DNA of 64,000 nucleotides from Auanema rhodensis (taxonomy: Eukaryota > Animalia > Nematoda). The notes beneath the pieces are model-generated. The model was not told where the DNA came from. It saw only the letters and a list, made by a program, of their open reading frames with translations, and did no database searches. Made by a program: the position numbers and the translations under genes. Shown in pieces: positions 28,187-41,968 of the stretch (positions are counted from its first letter, which is position 1; each line of letters starts with the position of its first letter). Where the stretch lies: the NCBI GenBank assembly GCA_964057225.1, contig OZ059898.1, positions 17,422,001-17,486,000 of the forward strand, given 5' to 3'.

Positions 28187-31100
28187 TATTTTGAAATTTT
28201 TCGAAAAAATTTTTGTCAAAATGTTTTTGGAAGCAATGTTGAGTGAACATGGAAACTCAACATACACTAATGCATCATTTTTCAAACAATCATAACTAAT
28301 TTTTGTATTAAGCGTTTCTCAATGTAGTATAGTGCATTTGATGCGGATTTTTAAGCTGCGTCGATCTGTGTTATCAGATTTGCGCTAGCTTAAAAATGCA
28401 CCGAGATATCAACTGATATAAGTTCACACTTATATCCTCGATTTTCACCCTGAAGAATTAATTTTTTCGTTGAATAACATTGTCCATCGTCTTTGCCTTG
28501 AAAAAAGGAATCTAAAAACATTTACTTTTTGCTAAATTATTCTGAAATTTTTCGAAAAAATTTCTGTCAAAATGTTTTTGGAAGCAATGTTGAGTGTACA
28601 TGGAAACTCAACATACACTAATGCATCATTTTTCAAACGATCATAACTAATTTTTGTATTAAGCGTTTCTCAATGTAGTATAGTGCATTCGATGCGAATT
28701 TTTAAGCTGCGTCGATCTGTGTTATCAGATTTGCGCTAGCTTAAAAATGCACCGAGATATCAACTGATATAAGTTCACACTTATATCCTCGATTTTCACC
28801 CTGAAGAATTAATTTTTTCGTTGAATAACATTGTCCATCGTCTTTGCCTTGAAAAAAGGAATCTAAAAACATCTACTTTTTGCTAAATTATTTTGAAATT
28901 TTTCGAAAAAATTTTTGTCAAAATGTTTTTGGAAGCAATGTTGAGTGAACATGGAAACTCAACATACACTAATGCATCATTTTTCAAACAATCATAACTA
29001 ATTTTTGTATTAAGCGTTTCTCAATGTAGTATAGTGCATTTGATGCGGATTTTTAAGCTGCGTCGATCTGTGTTATCAGATTTGCGCTAGCTTAAAAATG
29101 CACCGAGATATCAACTGATATAAGTTCACACTTATATCCTCGATTTTCACCCTGAAGAATTAATTTTTTCGTTGAATAACATTGTCCATCGTCTTTGCCT
29201 TGAAAAAAGGAATCTAAAAACATTTACTTTTTGCTAAATTATTCTGAAATTTTTCGAAAAAATTTCTGTCAAAATGTTTTTGGAAGCAATGTTGAGTGTA
29301 CATGGAAACTCAACATACACTAATGCATCATTTTTCAAACGATCATAACTAATTTTTGTATTAAGCGTTTCTCAATGTAGTATAGTGCATTCGATGCGGA
29401 TTTTTAAGCTGCGTCGATCTGTGTTATCAGATTTGCGCTAGCTTAAAAATGCACCGAGATATCAACTGATATAAGTTCACACTTATATCCTCGATTTTCA
29501 CCCTGAAGAATTAATTTTTTCGTTGAATAACATTGTCCATCGTCTTTGCCTTGAAAAAAGGAATCTAAAAACATCTACTTTTTGCTAAATTATTTTGAAA
29601 TTTTTCGAAAAAATTTTTGTCAAAATGTTTTTGGAAGCAATGTTGAGTGAACATGGAAACTCAACATACACTAATGCATCATTTTTCAAACAATCATAAC
29701 TAATTTTTGTATTAAGCGTTTCTCAATGTAGTATAGTGCATTTGATGCGGATTTTTAAGCTGCGTCGATCTGTGTTATCAGATTTGCGCTAGCTTAAAAA
29801 TGCACCGAGATATCAACTGATATAAGTTCACACTTATATCCTCGATTTTCACCCTGAAGAATTAATTTTTTCGTTGAATAACATTGTCCATCGTCTTTGC
29901 CTTGAAAAAAGGAATCTAAAAACATTTACTTTTTGCTAAATTATTCTGAAATTTTTCGAAAAAATTTCTGTCAAAATGTTTTTGGAAGCAATGTTGAGTG
30001 TACATGGAAACTCAACATACACTAATGCATCATTTTTCAAACGATCATAACTAATTTTTGTATTAAGCGTTTCTCAATGTAGTATAGTGCATTCGATGCG
30101 GATTTTTAAGCTGCGTCGATCTGTGTTATCAGATTTGCGCTAGCTTAAAAATGCACCGAGATATCAACTGATATAAGTTCACACTTATATCCTCGATTTT
30201 CACCCTGAAGAATTAATTTTTTCGTTGAATAACATTGTCCATCGTCTTTGCCTTGAAAAAAGGAATCTAAAAACATCTACTTTTTGCTAAATTATTTTGA
30301 AATTTTTCGAAAAAATTTTTGTCAAAATGTTTTTGGAAGCAATGTTGAGTGAACATGGAAACTCAACATACACTAATGCATCATTTTTCAAACAATCATA
30401 ACTAATTTTTGTATTAAGCGTTTCTCAATGTAGTATAGTGCATTTGATGCGGATTTTTAAGCTGCGTCGATCTGTGTTATCAGATTTGCGCTAGCTTAAA
30501 AATGCACCGAGATATCAACTGATATAAGTTCACACTTATATCCTCGATTTTCACCCTGAAGAATTAATTTTTTCGTTGAATAACATTGTCCATCGTCTTT
30601 GCCTTGAAAAAAGGAATCTAAAAACATCTACTTTTTGCTAAATTATTCTGAAATTTTTTGAAAAAATTTTTGTCAAAATGTTTTTGGAAGCAATGTTGAG
30701 TGTACATGGAAACTCAACATACACTAATGCATCATTTTTCAAACGATCATAACTAATTTTTGTATTAAGCGTTTCTCAATGTAGTATAGTGCATTCGATG
30801 CGGATTTTTAAGCTGCGTCGATCTGTGTTATCAGATTTGCGCTAGCTTAAAAATGCACCGAGATATCAACTGATATAAGTTCACACTTATATCCTCGATT
30901 TTCACCCTGAAGAATTAATTTTTTCGTTGAATAACATTGTCCATCGTCTTTGCCTTGAAAAAAGGAATCTAAAAACATCTACTTTTTGCTAAATTATTTT
31001 GAAATTTTTCGAAAAAATTTTTGTCAAAATGTTTTTGGAAGCAATGTTGAGTGAACATGGAAACTCAACATACACTAATGCATCATTTTTCAAACAATCA

Positions 31101-32398
31101 TAACTAATTTTTGTATTAAGCGTTTCTCAATGTAGTATAGTGCATTTGATGCGGATTTTTAAGCTGCGTCGATCTGTGTTATCAGATTTGCGCTAGCTTA
31201 AAAATGCACCGAGATATCAACTGATATAAGTTCACACTTATATCCTCGATTTTCACCCTGAAGAATTAATTTTTTCGTTGAATAACATTGTCCATCGTCT
31301 TTGCCTTGAAAAAAGGAATCTAAAAACATTTACTTTTTGCTAAATTATTCTGAAATTTTTCGAAAAAATTTCTGTCAAAATGTTTTTGGAAGCAATGTTG
31401 AGTGTACATGGAAACTCAACATACACTAATGCATCATTTTTCAAACGATCATAACTAATTTTTGTATTAAGCGTTTTTCAATGTAGTATAGTGCATTCGA
31501 TGCGGATTTTTAAGCTGCGTCGATCTGTGTTATCAGATTTGCGCTAGCTTAAAAATGCACCGAGATATCAACTGATATAAGTTCACACTTATATCCTCGA
31601 TTTTCACCCTGAAGAATTGATTTTTTCGTTGAATAACATTGTCCATCGTCTTTGCCTTGAAAAAAGGAATCTAAAAACATTTACTTTTTGCTAAATTATT
31701 CTGAAATTTTTCGAAAAAATTTTTGTCAAAATGTTTTTGGAAGCAATGTTGAGTGTACATGGAAACTCAACATACACTAATGCATCATTTTTCAAACGAT
31801 CATAACTAATTTTTGTATTAAGCGTTTCTCAATGTAGTATAGTGCATTTGATGCGGATTTTTAAGCTGCGTCGATCTGTGTTATCGGATTTGCGCTAGCT
31901 TAAAAATGCACCGAGATATCAACTGATATAAGTTCACACTTATATCCTCGATTTTCACCCTGAAGAATTAATTTTTTCGTTGAATAACATTGTCCATCGT
32001 CTTTGCCTTGAAAAAAGGAATCTAAAAACATTTACTTTTTGCTAAATTATTCTGAAATTTTTCGAAAAAATTTTTGTCAAAATGTTTTTGGAAGCAATGT
32101 TGAGTGTACATGGAAACTCAACATACACTAATGCACCATTTTTCAAACGATCATAACTAATTTTTGTATTAAGCGTTTCTCAATGTAGTATAATGCATTC
32201 GATGCGGAGTTTTAAGCTGCGTCGATCTGTGTTATCAGATTTGCGCTAGCTTAAAAATGCACCGAGATATCAACTGATATAAGTTCACACTTATATCCTC
32301 GATTTTCACCCTGAAGAATTAATTTTTTCGTTGAATAACATTGTCCATCGTCTTTGCCTTGAAAAAAGGAATCTAAAAACATTTACTTTTTGCTAAAT

Positions 32399-32842
32399 TA
32401 TTCTGAAATTTTTCGAAAAAATTTTTGTCAAAATGTTTTTGGAAGCAATGTTGAGTGAACATGGAAACTCAACATACACTAATGCATCATTTTTCAAACA
32501 ATCATAACTAATTTTTGTATTAAGCGTTTCTCAATGTAGTATAGTGCATTCGATGCGGATTTTTAAGCTGCGTCGATCTGTGTTATCAGATTTGAGCTAG
32601 CTTAAAAATGCACCGAGATATCAACTGATATAAGTTCACACTTATATCCTCGATTTTCACCCTGAAGAATTAATTTTAGCTTAAAAATGCTAGCTTAAAA
32701 ATGCACCGAGATATCAACTGATATAAGTTCACACTTATATCCTCGATTTTCACCCTGAAGAATTAATTTTTTCGTTGAATAACATTGTCCATCGTCTTTG
32801 CCTTGAAAAAAGGAATCTAAAAACATCTACTTTTTGCTAAAT
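32399..32842. repeat. 444-bp monomer M94 with a 93-bp two-piece internal duplication
   Basis: After p279 (32677) the sequence reads p201-213 (32678-32690), then p200-279 (32691-32770), then resumes at p280; next monomer at 32843. Confidence 0.96.
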
Positions 32843-35800
32843 TATTTTGAAATTTTTCGAAAAAATTTTTGTCAAAATGTTTTTGGAAGCAATGTTGAGT
32901 GTACATGGAAACTCAACATACACTAATGCATCATTTTTCAAACGATCATAACTAATTTTTGTATTAAGCGTTTCTCAATGTAGTATAGTGCATTCGATGC
33001 GGATTTTTAAGCTGCGTCGATCTGTGTTATCAGATTTGCGCTAGCTTAAAAATGCACCGAAATATCAACTGATATAAGTTCACACTTATATCCTCGATTT
33101 TCACCCTGAAGAATTATTTTTTTCGTTGAATAACATTGTCCATCGTCTTTGCCTTGAAAAAAGGAATCTAAAAACATCTACTTTTTGCTAAATTATTTTG
33201 AAATTTTTCGAAAAAATTTCTGTCAAAATGTTTTTGGAAGCAATGTTGAGTGTACATGGAAACTCAACATACACTAATGCATCATTTTTCAAACGATCAT
33301 AACTAATTTTTGTATTAAGCGTTTCTCAATGTAGTATAGTGCATTCGATGCGGATTTTTAAGCTGCGTCGATCTGTGTTATCAGATTTGCGCTAGCTTAA
33401 AAATGCACCGAGATATCAACTGATATAAGTTCACACTTATATCCTCGATTTTCACCCTGAAGAATTGATTTTTTCGTTGAATAACATTGTCCATCGTCTT
33501 TGCCTTGAAAAAAGGAATCTAAAAACATCTACTTTTTGCTAAACTATTCTGAAATTTTTCGAAAAAATTTTTGTCAAAATGTTTTTGGAAGCAATGTTGA
33601 GTGTACATGGAAACTCAACATACACTAATGCATCATTTTTCAAACGATCATAACTAATTTTTGTATTAAGCGTTTCTCAATGTAGTATAGTGCATTTGAT
33701 GCGGATTTTTAAGCTGCGTCGATCTGTGTTATCAGATTTGCGCTAGCTTAAAAATGCACCGAGATATCAACTGATATAAGTTCACACTTATATCCTCGAT
33801 TTTCACCCTGAAGAAATAATTTTTTCGTTGAATAACATTGTCCATCGTCTTTGCCTTGAGAAAAGGAATCTAAAAACCTCTACTTTTTGCTAAATTATTT
33901 TGAAGTTTTTCGAAAAAATTTTTGTCAAAATGTTTTTGGAAGCAATGTTGAGTGTACATGGAAACTCAACATACACTAATGCATCATTTTTCAAACGATC
34001 ATAACTAATTTTTGTATTAAGCGTTTCTCAATGTAGTATAATGCATTCGATGCGGATTTTTAAGCTGCGTCGATCTGTGTTATCAGATTTGCGCTAGCTT
34101 AAAAATGCACCGAGATATCAACTGATATAAGTTCACACTTATATCCTCGATTTTCACCCTGAAGAATTAATTTTTTCGTTGAATAACATTGTCCATCGTC
34201 TTTGCCTTGAAAAAAGGAATCTAAAAACATCTACTTTTTGCTAAATTATTTTGAAATTTTTCGAAAAAATTTTTGTCAAAATGTTTTTGGAAGCAATGTT
34301 GAGTGTACATGGAAACTCAACATACACTAATGCATCATTTTTCAAACGATCATAACTAATTTTTGTATTAAGCGTTTCTCAATGTAGTATAGTGCATTCG
34401 ATGCGGATTTTTAAGCTGCGTCGATCTGTGTTATCAGATTTGCGCTAGCTTAAAAATGCACCGAGATATCAACTGATATAAGTTCACACTTATATCCTCG
34501 ATTTTCACCCTGAAGAATTATTTTTTTCGTTGAATAACATTGTCCATCGTCTTTGCCTCGAAAAAAGGAATCTAAAAACATCTACTTTTTGCTAAATTAA
34601 TTTGAAATTTTTCGAAAAAATTTTTGTCAAAATGTTTTTGGAAGCAATGTTGAGTGTACATGGAAACTCAACATACACTAATGCATCATTTTTCAAACAA
34701 TCATAACTAATTTTTGTATTAAGCGTTTCTAAATGTAGTATAGTGCATTCGATGCGGATTTTTAAGCTGCGTCGATCTGTGTTATCAGATTTGCGCTAGC
34801 CTAAAAATGCACCGAGATATCAACTGATATAAGTTCACACTTATATCCTCGATTTTCACCCTGAAGAATTATTTTTTTCGTTGAATAACATTGTCCATCG
34901 TCTTTGCCTTGAAAAAAGGAATCTAAAAACATCTACTTTTTGCTAAATTATTTTGAAATTTTTCGAAAAAATTTTTGTCAAAATGTTTTTGGAAGCAATG
35001 TTGAGTGTACATGGAAACTCAACATACACTAATGCATCATTTTTCAAACAATCATAACTAATTTTTGTATTAAGCGTTTCTAAATGTAGTATAGTGCATT
35101 CGATGCGGATTTTTAAGCTGCGTCGATCTGTGTTATCAGATTTGCGCTAGCTTAAAAATGCACCGAGATATCAACTGATATAAGTTCACACTTATATCCT
35201 CGATTTTCACCCTGAAGAATTAATTTTTTCGTTGAATAACATTGTCCATCGTCTTTGCCTTGAAAAAAGGAATCTAAAAACATCTACTTTTTGCTAAATT
35301 ATTTTGAAATTTTTCGAAAAAATTTTTGTCAAAATGTTTTTGGAAGCAATGTTGAGTGTACATGGAAACTCAACATACACTAATGCATCATTTTTCAAAC
35401 AATCATAACTAATTTTTGTATTAAGCGTTTCTAAATGTAGTATAGTGCATTCGATGCGGATTTTTAAGCTGCGTCGATCTGTGTTATCAGATTTGCGCTA
35501 GCTTAAAAATGCACCGAGATATCAACTGATATAAGTTCACACTTATATCCTCGATTTTCACCCTGAAGAATTATTTTTTTCGTTGAATAACATTGTCCAT
35601 CGTCTTTGCCTTGAAAAAAGGAATCTAAAAACATCTACTTTTTGCTAAATTATTTTGAAATTTTTCGAAAAAATTTTTGTCAAAATGTTTTTGGAAGCAA
35701 TGTTGAGTGTACATGGAAACTCAACATACACTAATGCATCATTTTTCAAACAATCATAACTAATTTTTGTATTAAGCGTTTCTAAATGTAGTATAGTGCA

Positions 35801-36703
35801 TTCGATGCGGATTTTTAAGCTGCGTCGATCTGTGTTATCAGATTTGCGCTAGCTTAAAAATGCACCGAGATATCAACTGATATAAGTTCACACTTATATC
35901 CTCGATTTTCACCCTGAAGAATTAATTTTTTCGTTGAATAACATTGTCCATCGTCTTTGCCTTTAAAAAAGGAATCTAAAAACATCTACTTTTTGCTAAA
36001 TTATTTTGAAATTTTTCGAAAAAATTTTTGTCAAAATGTTTTTGGAAGCAATGTTGAGTGTACATGGAAACTCAACATACACTAATGCATCATTTTTCAA
36101 ACGATCATAACTAATTTTTGTATTAAGCGTTTCTCAATGTAGTATAGTGCATTCGATGCGGATTTTTAAGCTGCGTCGATCTGTGTTATCAGATTTGCGC
36201 TAGCTTAAAAATGCACCGAGATATCAACTGATATAAGTTCACACTTATATCCTCGATTTTCACCCTGAAGAATTATTTTTTTCGTTGAATAACATTGTCC
36301 ATCGTCTTTGCCTTGAAAAAAGGAATCTAAAAACATCTACTTTTTGCTAAATTAATTCGAAATTTTTCGAAAAAATTTTTGTCAAAATGTTTTTGGAAGC
36401 AATGTTGAGTGTACATGGAAACTCAACATACACTAATGCATCATTTTTCAAACAATCATAACTAATTTTTGTATTAAGCGTTTCTAAATGTAGTATAGTG
36501 CATTCGATGCGGATTTTTAAGCTGCGTCGATCTGTGTTATCAGATTTGCGCTAGCTTAAAAATGCACCGAGATATCAACTGATATAAGTTCACACTTATA
36601 TCCTCGATTTTCACCCTGAAGAATTATTTTTTTCGTTGAATAACATTGTCCATCGTCTTTGCCTTGAAAAAAGGAATCTAAAAACATCTACTTTTTGCTA
36701 AAT

Positions 36704-39700
36704 TATTCTGAAATTTTTCGAAAAAATTTTTGTCAAAATGTTTTTGGAAGCAATGTTGAGTGTACATGGAAACTCAACATACACTAATGCATCATTTTTC
36801 AAACAATCATAACTAATTTTTGTATTAAGCGTTTCTAAATGTAGTATAGTGCATTCGATGCGGATTTTTAAGCTGCGTCGATCTGTGTTATCAGATTTGC
36901 GCTAGCTTAAAAATGCACCGAGATATCAACTGATATAAGTTCACACTTATATCCTCGATTTTCACCCTGAAGAATTATTTTTTTCGTTGAATAACATTGT
37001 CCATCGTCTTTGCCTTGAAAAAAGGAATCTAAAAACATCTACTTTTTGCTAAATTATTTTGAAATTTTTCGAAAAAATTTTTGTCAAAATGTTTTTGGAA
37101 GCAATGTTGAGTGTACATGGAAACTCAACATACACTAATGCATCATTTTTCAAACAATCATAACTAATTTTTGTATTAAGCGTTTCTAAATGTAGTATAG
37201 TGCATTCGATGCGGATTTTTAAGCTGCGTCGATCTGTGTTATCAGATTTGCGCTAGCTTAAAAATGCACCGAGATATCAACTGATATAAGTTCACACTTA
37301 TATCCTCGATTTTCACCCTGAAGAATTAATTTTTTCGTTGAATAACATTGTCCATCGTCTTTGCCTTGAAAAAAGGAATCTAAAAACATCTACTTTTTGC
37401 TAAATTATTTTGAAATTTTTCAAAAAAATTTTTGTCAAAATGTTTTTGGAAGCAATGTTGAGTGTACATGGAAACTCAGCATACACTAATGCATCATTTT
37501 TCAAACAATCATAACTAATTTTTGTATTAAGCGTTTCTAAATGTAGTATAGTGCATTCGATGCGGATTTTTAAGCTGCGTCGATCTGTGTTATCAGATTT
37601 GCGCTAGCTTAAAAATGCACCGAGATATCAACTGATATAAGTTCACACTTATATCCTCGATTTTCACCCTGAAGAATTAATTTTTTCGTTGAATAACATT
37701 GTCCATCGTCTTTGCCTTGAAAAAAGGCATCTAAAAACATCTACTTTATGCTAAATTATTTCGAAAATTTTCGAAAAAATTTTTGTCAAAATGTTTTTGG
37801 AAGCAATGTTGTGTGTACATGGAAACTCAACATACACTAATGCATCATTTTTCAAACGACCATAACTAATTTTTGTATTAAGCGTTTCTCAATGTAGTAT
37901 AGTGCATTCGATGCGGATTTTTAAGTTGCGTCGATCTGTGTTATCAGATTTGCGCTAGCTTAAAAATGCACCGAGACATCAACTGATATAAGTTCACACT
38001 TATATCCTCGATTTTCACCCTGAAGAATTTATTTTTTCGTTGAATAACATTGTCCATCGTCTTTGCCTTGAAAAAAGGAATCTAAAAACATCTACTTTTT
38101 GCTAAATTATTCTGAAATTTTTCGAAAAAATTTTTGTCAAAATGTTTTTGGAAGCAATGTTGAGTGTACATGGAAACTCAACATACACTAATGCATCATT
38201 TTTCAAACGACCATAACTAATTTTTGTATTAAGCGTTTCTCAATGTAGTATAATGCATTCGATGCGGATTTTTAAGCTGCGTCGATCTGTGTTATCAGAT
38301 TTGCGCTAGCTTAAAAATGCACCGAGATATCAACTGATATAAGTTCACACTTATATCCTCGATTTTCACCCTGAAGAAATAATTTTTTCGTTGAATAACA
38401 TTGTCCATCGTCTTTGCCTTGAAAAAAGGAATCTAAAAACATCTACTTTTTGCTAAATTATTTTGAAGTTTTTCGAAAAAATTTTTGTCAAAATGTTTTT
38501 GGAAGCAATGTTGAGTGTACATGGAAACTCAACATACACTAATGCATCATTTTTCAAACGATCATAACTAATTTTTGTATTAAGCGTTTCTCAATGTAGT
38601 ATAGTGCATTCGATGCGGATTTTTAAGCTGCGTCGATCTGTGTTATCAGATTTGCGCTAGCTTAAAAATGCACCGAGATATCAACTGATATAAGTTCACA
38701 CTTATATCCTCGATTTTCACCCTGAAGAATTATTTTTTTCGTTGAATAACATTGTCCATCGTCTTTGCCTTGAAAAAAGGAATCTAAAAACATCTACTTT
38801 TTGCTAAATTATTCTGAAATTTTTCGAAAAAATTTTTGTCAAAATGTTTTTGGAAGCAATGTTGAGTGTACATGGAAACTCAACATACACTAATGCATCA
38901 TTTTTCAAACAATCATAACTAATTTTTGTATTAAGCGTTTCTAAATGTAGTATAGTGCATTCGATGCGGATTTTTAAGCTGCGTCGATCTGTGTTATCAG
39001 ATTTGCGCTAGCTTAAAAATGCACCGAGATATCAACTGATATAAGTTCACACTTATATCCTCGATTTTCACCCTGAAGAATTATTTTTTTCGTTGAATAA
39101 CATTGTCCATCGTCTTTGCCTTGAAAAAAGGAATCTAAAAACATCTACTTTTTGCTAAATTATTTTGAAATTTTTCGAAAAAATTTTTGTCAAAATGTTT
39201 TTGGAAGCAATGTTGAGTGTACATGGAAACTCAACATACACTAATGCATCATTTTTCAAACAATCATAACTAATTTTTGTATTAAGCGTTTCTAAATGTA
39301 GTATAGTGCATTCGATGCGGATTTTTAAGCTGCGTCGATCTGTGTTATCAGATTTGCGCTAGCTTAAAAATGCACCGAGATATCAACTGATATAAGTTCA
39401 CACTTATATCCTCGATTTTCACCCTGAAGAATTAATTTTTTCGTTGAATAACATTGTCCATCGTCTTTGCCTTGAAAAAAGGAATCTAAAAACATCTACT
39501 TTTTGCTAAATTATTTTGAAATTTTTCAAAAAAATTTTTGTCAAAATGTTTTTGGAAGCAATGTTGAGTGTACATGGAAACTCAGCATACACTAATGCAT
39601 CATTTTTCAAACAATCATAACTAATTTTTGTATTAAGCGTTTCTAAATGTAGTATAGTGCATTCGATGCGGATTTTTAAGCTGCGTCGATCTGTGTTATC

Positions 39701-40700
39701 AGATTTGCGCTAGCTTAAAAATGCACCGAGATATCAACTGATATAAGTTCACACTTATATCCTCGATTTTCACCCTGAAGAATTAATTTTTTCGTTGAAT
39801 AACATTGTCCATCGTCTTTGCCTTGAAAAAAGGCATCTAAAAACATCTACTTTATGCTAAATTATTTCGAAAATTTTCGAAAAAATTTTTGTCAAAATGT
39901 TTTTGGAAGCAATGTTGTGTGTACATGGAAACTCAACATACACTAATGCATCATTTTTCAAACGACCATAACTAATTTTTGTATTAAGCGTTTCTCAATG
40001 TAGTATAGTGCATTCGATGCGGATTTTTAAGTTGCGTCGATCTGTGTTATCAGATTTGCGCTAGCTTAAAAATGCACCGAGACATCAACTGATATAAGTT
40101 CACACTTATATCCTCGATTTTCACCCTGAAGAATTTATTTTTTCGTTGAATAACATTGTCCATCGTCTTTGCCTTGAAAAAAGGAATCTAAAAACATCTA
40201 CTTTTTGCTAAATTATTCTGAAATTTTTCGAAAAAATTTTTGTCAAAATGTTTTTGGAAGCAATGTTGAGTGTACATGGAAACTCAACATACACTAATGC
40301 ATCATTTTTCAAACGACCATAACTAATTTTTGTATTAAGCGTTTCTCAATGTAGTATAATGCATTCGATGCGGATTTTTAAGCTGCGTCGATCTGTGTTA
40401 TCAGATTTGCGCTAGCTTAAAAATGCACCGAGATATCAACTGATATAAGTTCACACTTATATCCTCGATTTTCACCCTGAAGAAATAATTTTTTCGTTGA
40501 ATAACATTGTCCATCGTCTTTGCCTTGAAAAAAGGAATCTAAAAACATCTACTTTTTGCTAAATTATTTTGAAGTTTTTCGAAAAAATTTTTGTCAAAAT
40601 GTTTTTGGAAGCAATGTTGAGTGTACATGGAAACTCAACATACACTAATGCATCATTTTTCAAACGATCATAACTAATTTTTGTATTAAGCGTTTCTCAA
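36704..40700. repeat. 6-monomer (2106-bp) tandem duplication, about M106-111 / M112-117
   Basis: ACTCAGCAT, AGGCATCT and CTTTATG variants in monomers at 37406 and 39512; five-SNP monomer at 37757 and 39863. Boundaries approximate. Confidence 0.88.
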
Positions 40701-41968
40701 TGTAGTATAGTGCATTTGATGCGGATTTTTAAGCTGCGTCGATCTGTGTTATCAGATTTGCGCTAGCTTAAAAATGCACCGAGATATCAACTGATATAAG
40801 TTCACACTTATATCCTCGATTTTCACCCTGAAGAAATGATTTTTTCGTTGAATAACATTGTCCATCGTCTTTGCCTTGAAAAAAGGAATCTAAAAACATC
40901 TACTTTTTGCTAAATTATTTTGAAGTTTTTCGAAAAAATTTTTGTCAAAATGTTTTTGGAAGCAATGTTGAGTGTACATGGAAACTCAACATACACTAAT
41001 GCATCATTTTTCAAACGATCATAACTAATTTTTGTATTAAGCGTTTCTCAATGTAGTATAGTGCATTTGATGCGGATTTTTAAGCTGCGTCGATCTGTGT
41101 TATCAGATTTGCGCTAGCTTAAAAATGCACCGAGATATCAACTGATATAAGTTCACACTTATATCCTCGATTTTCACCCTGAAGAAATGATTTTTTCGTT
41201 GAATAACATTGTCCATCGTCTTTGCCTTGAAAAAAGGAATCTAAAAACATCTACTTTTTGCTAAATTATTTTGAAGTTTTTCGAAAAAATTTTTGTCAAA
41301 ATGTTTTTGGAAGCAATGTTGAGTGTACATGGAAACTCAACATACACTAATGCATCATTTTTCAAACGATCATAACTAATTTTTGTATTAAGCGTTTCTC
41401 AATGTAGTATAGTGCATTCGATGCGGATTTTTAAGCTGCGTCGATCTGTGTTATCAGATTTGCGCTAGCTTAAAAATGCACCGAGATATCAACTGATATA
41501 AGTTCACACTTATATCCTCGATTTTCACCCTGAAGAATTAATTTTTTCGTTGAATAACATTGTCCATCGTCTTTGCCTTGAAAAAAGGAATCTAAAAACA
41601 TCTACTTTTTGCTAAATTATTTCGAAATTTTTCGAAAAAATTTTTGTCAAAATGTTTTTGGAAGCAATGTTGAGTGTACATGGAAACTCAACATACACTA
41701 ACGCATCATTTTTCAAACGATCATAACTAATTTTTGTATTAAGCGTTTCTCAATGTAGTATAGTGCATTCGATGCGGATTTTTAAGCTGCGTCGATCTGT
41801 GTTATCAGATTTGCGCTAGCTTAAAAATGCACCGAGATATCAACTGATATAAGTTCACACTTATATCCTCGATTTTCACCCTGAAGAATTAATTTTTTCG
41901 TTGAATAACATTGTCCATCGTCTTTGCCTTGAAAAAAGGAATCTAAAAACATCTACTTTTTGCTAAAT

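Larger units (their letters stand above)
23371..30994. repeat. 11-monomer (3812-bp) tandem duplication, M68-78 / M79-89, each containing a 302-bp monomer
   Basis: Deletion monomers at 24073 and 27885 both carry AATATT (p292T), are preceded by two GCACC monomers and followed by the same A/B dimer run. Confidence 0.82.
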
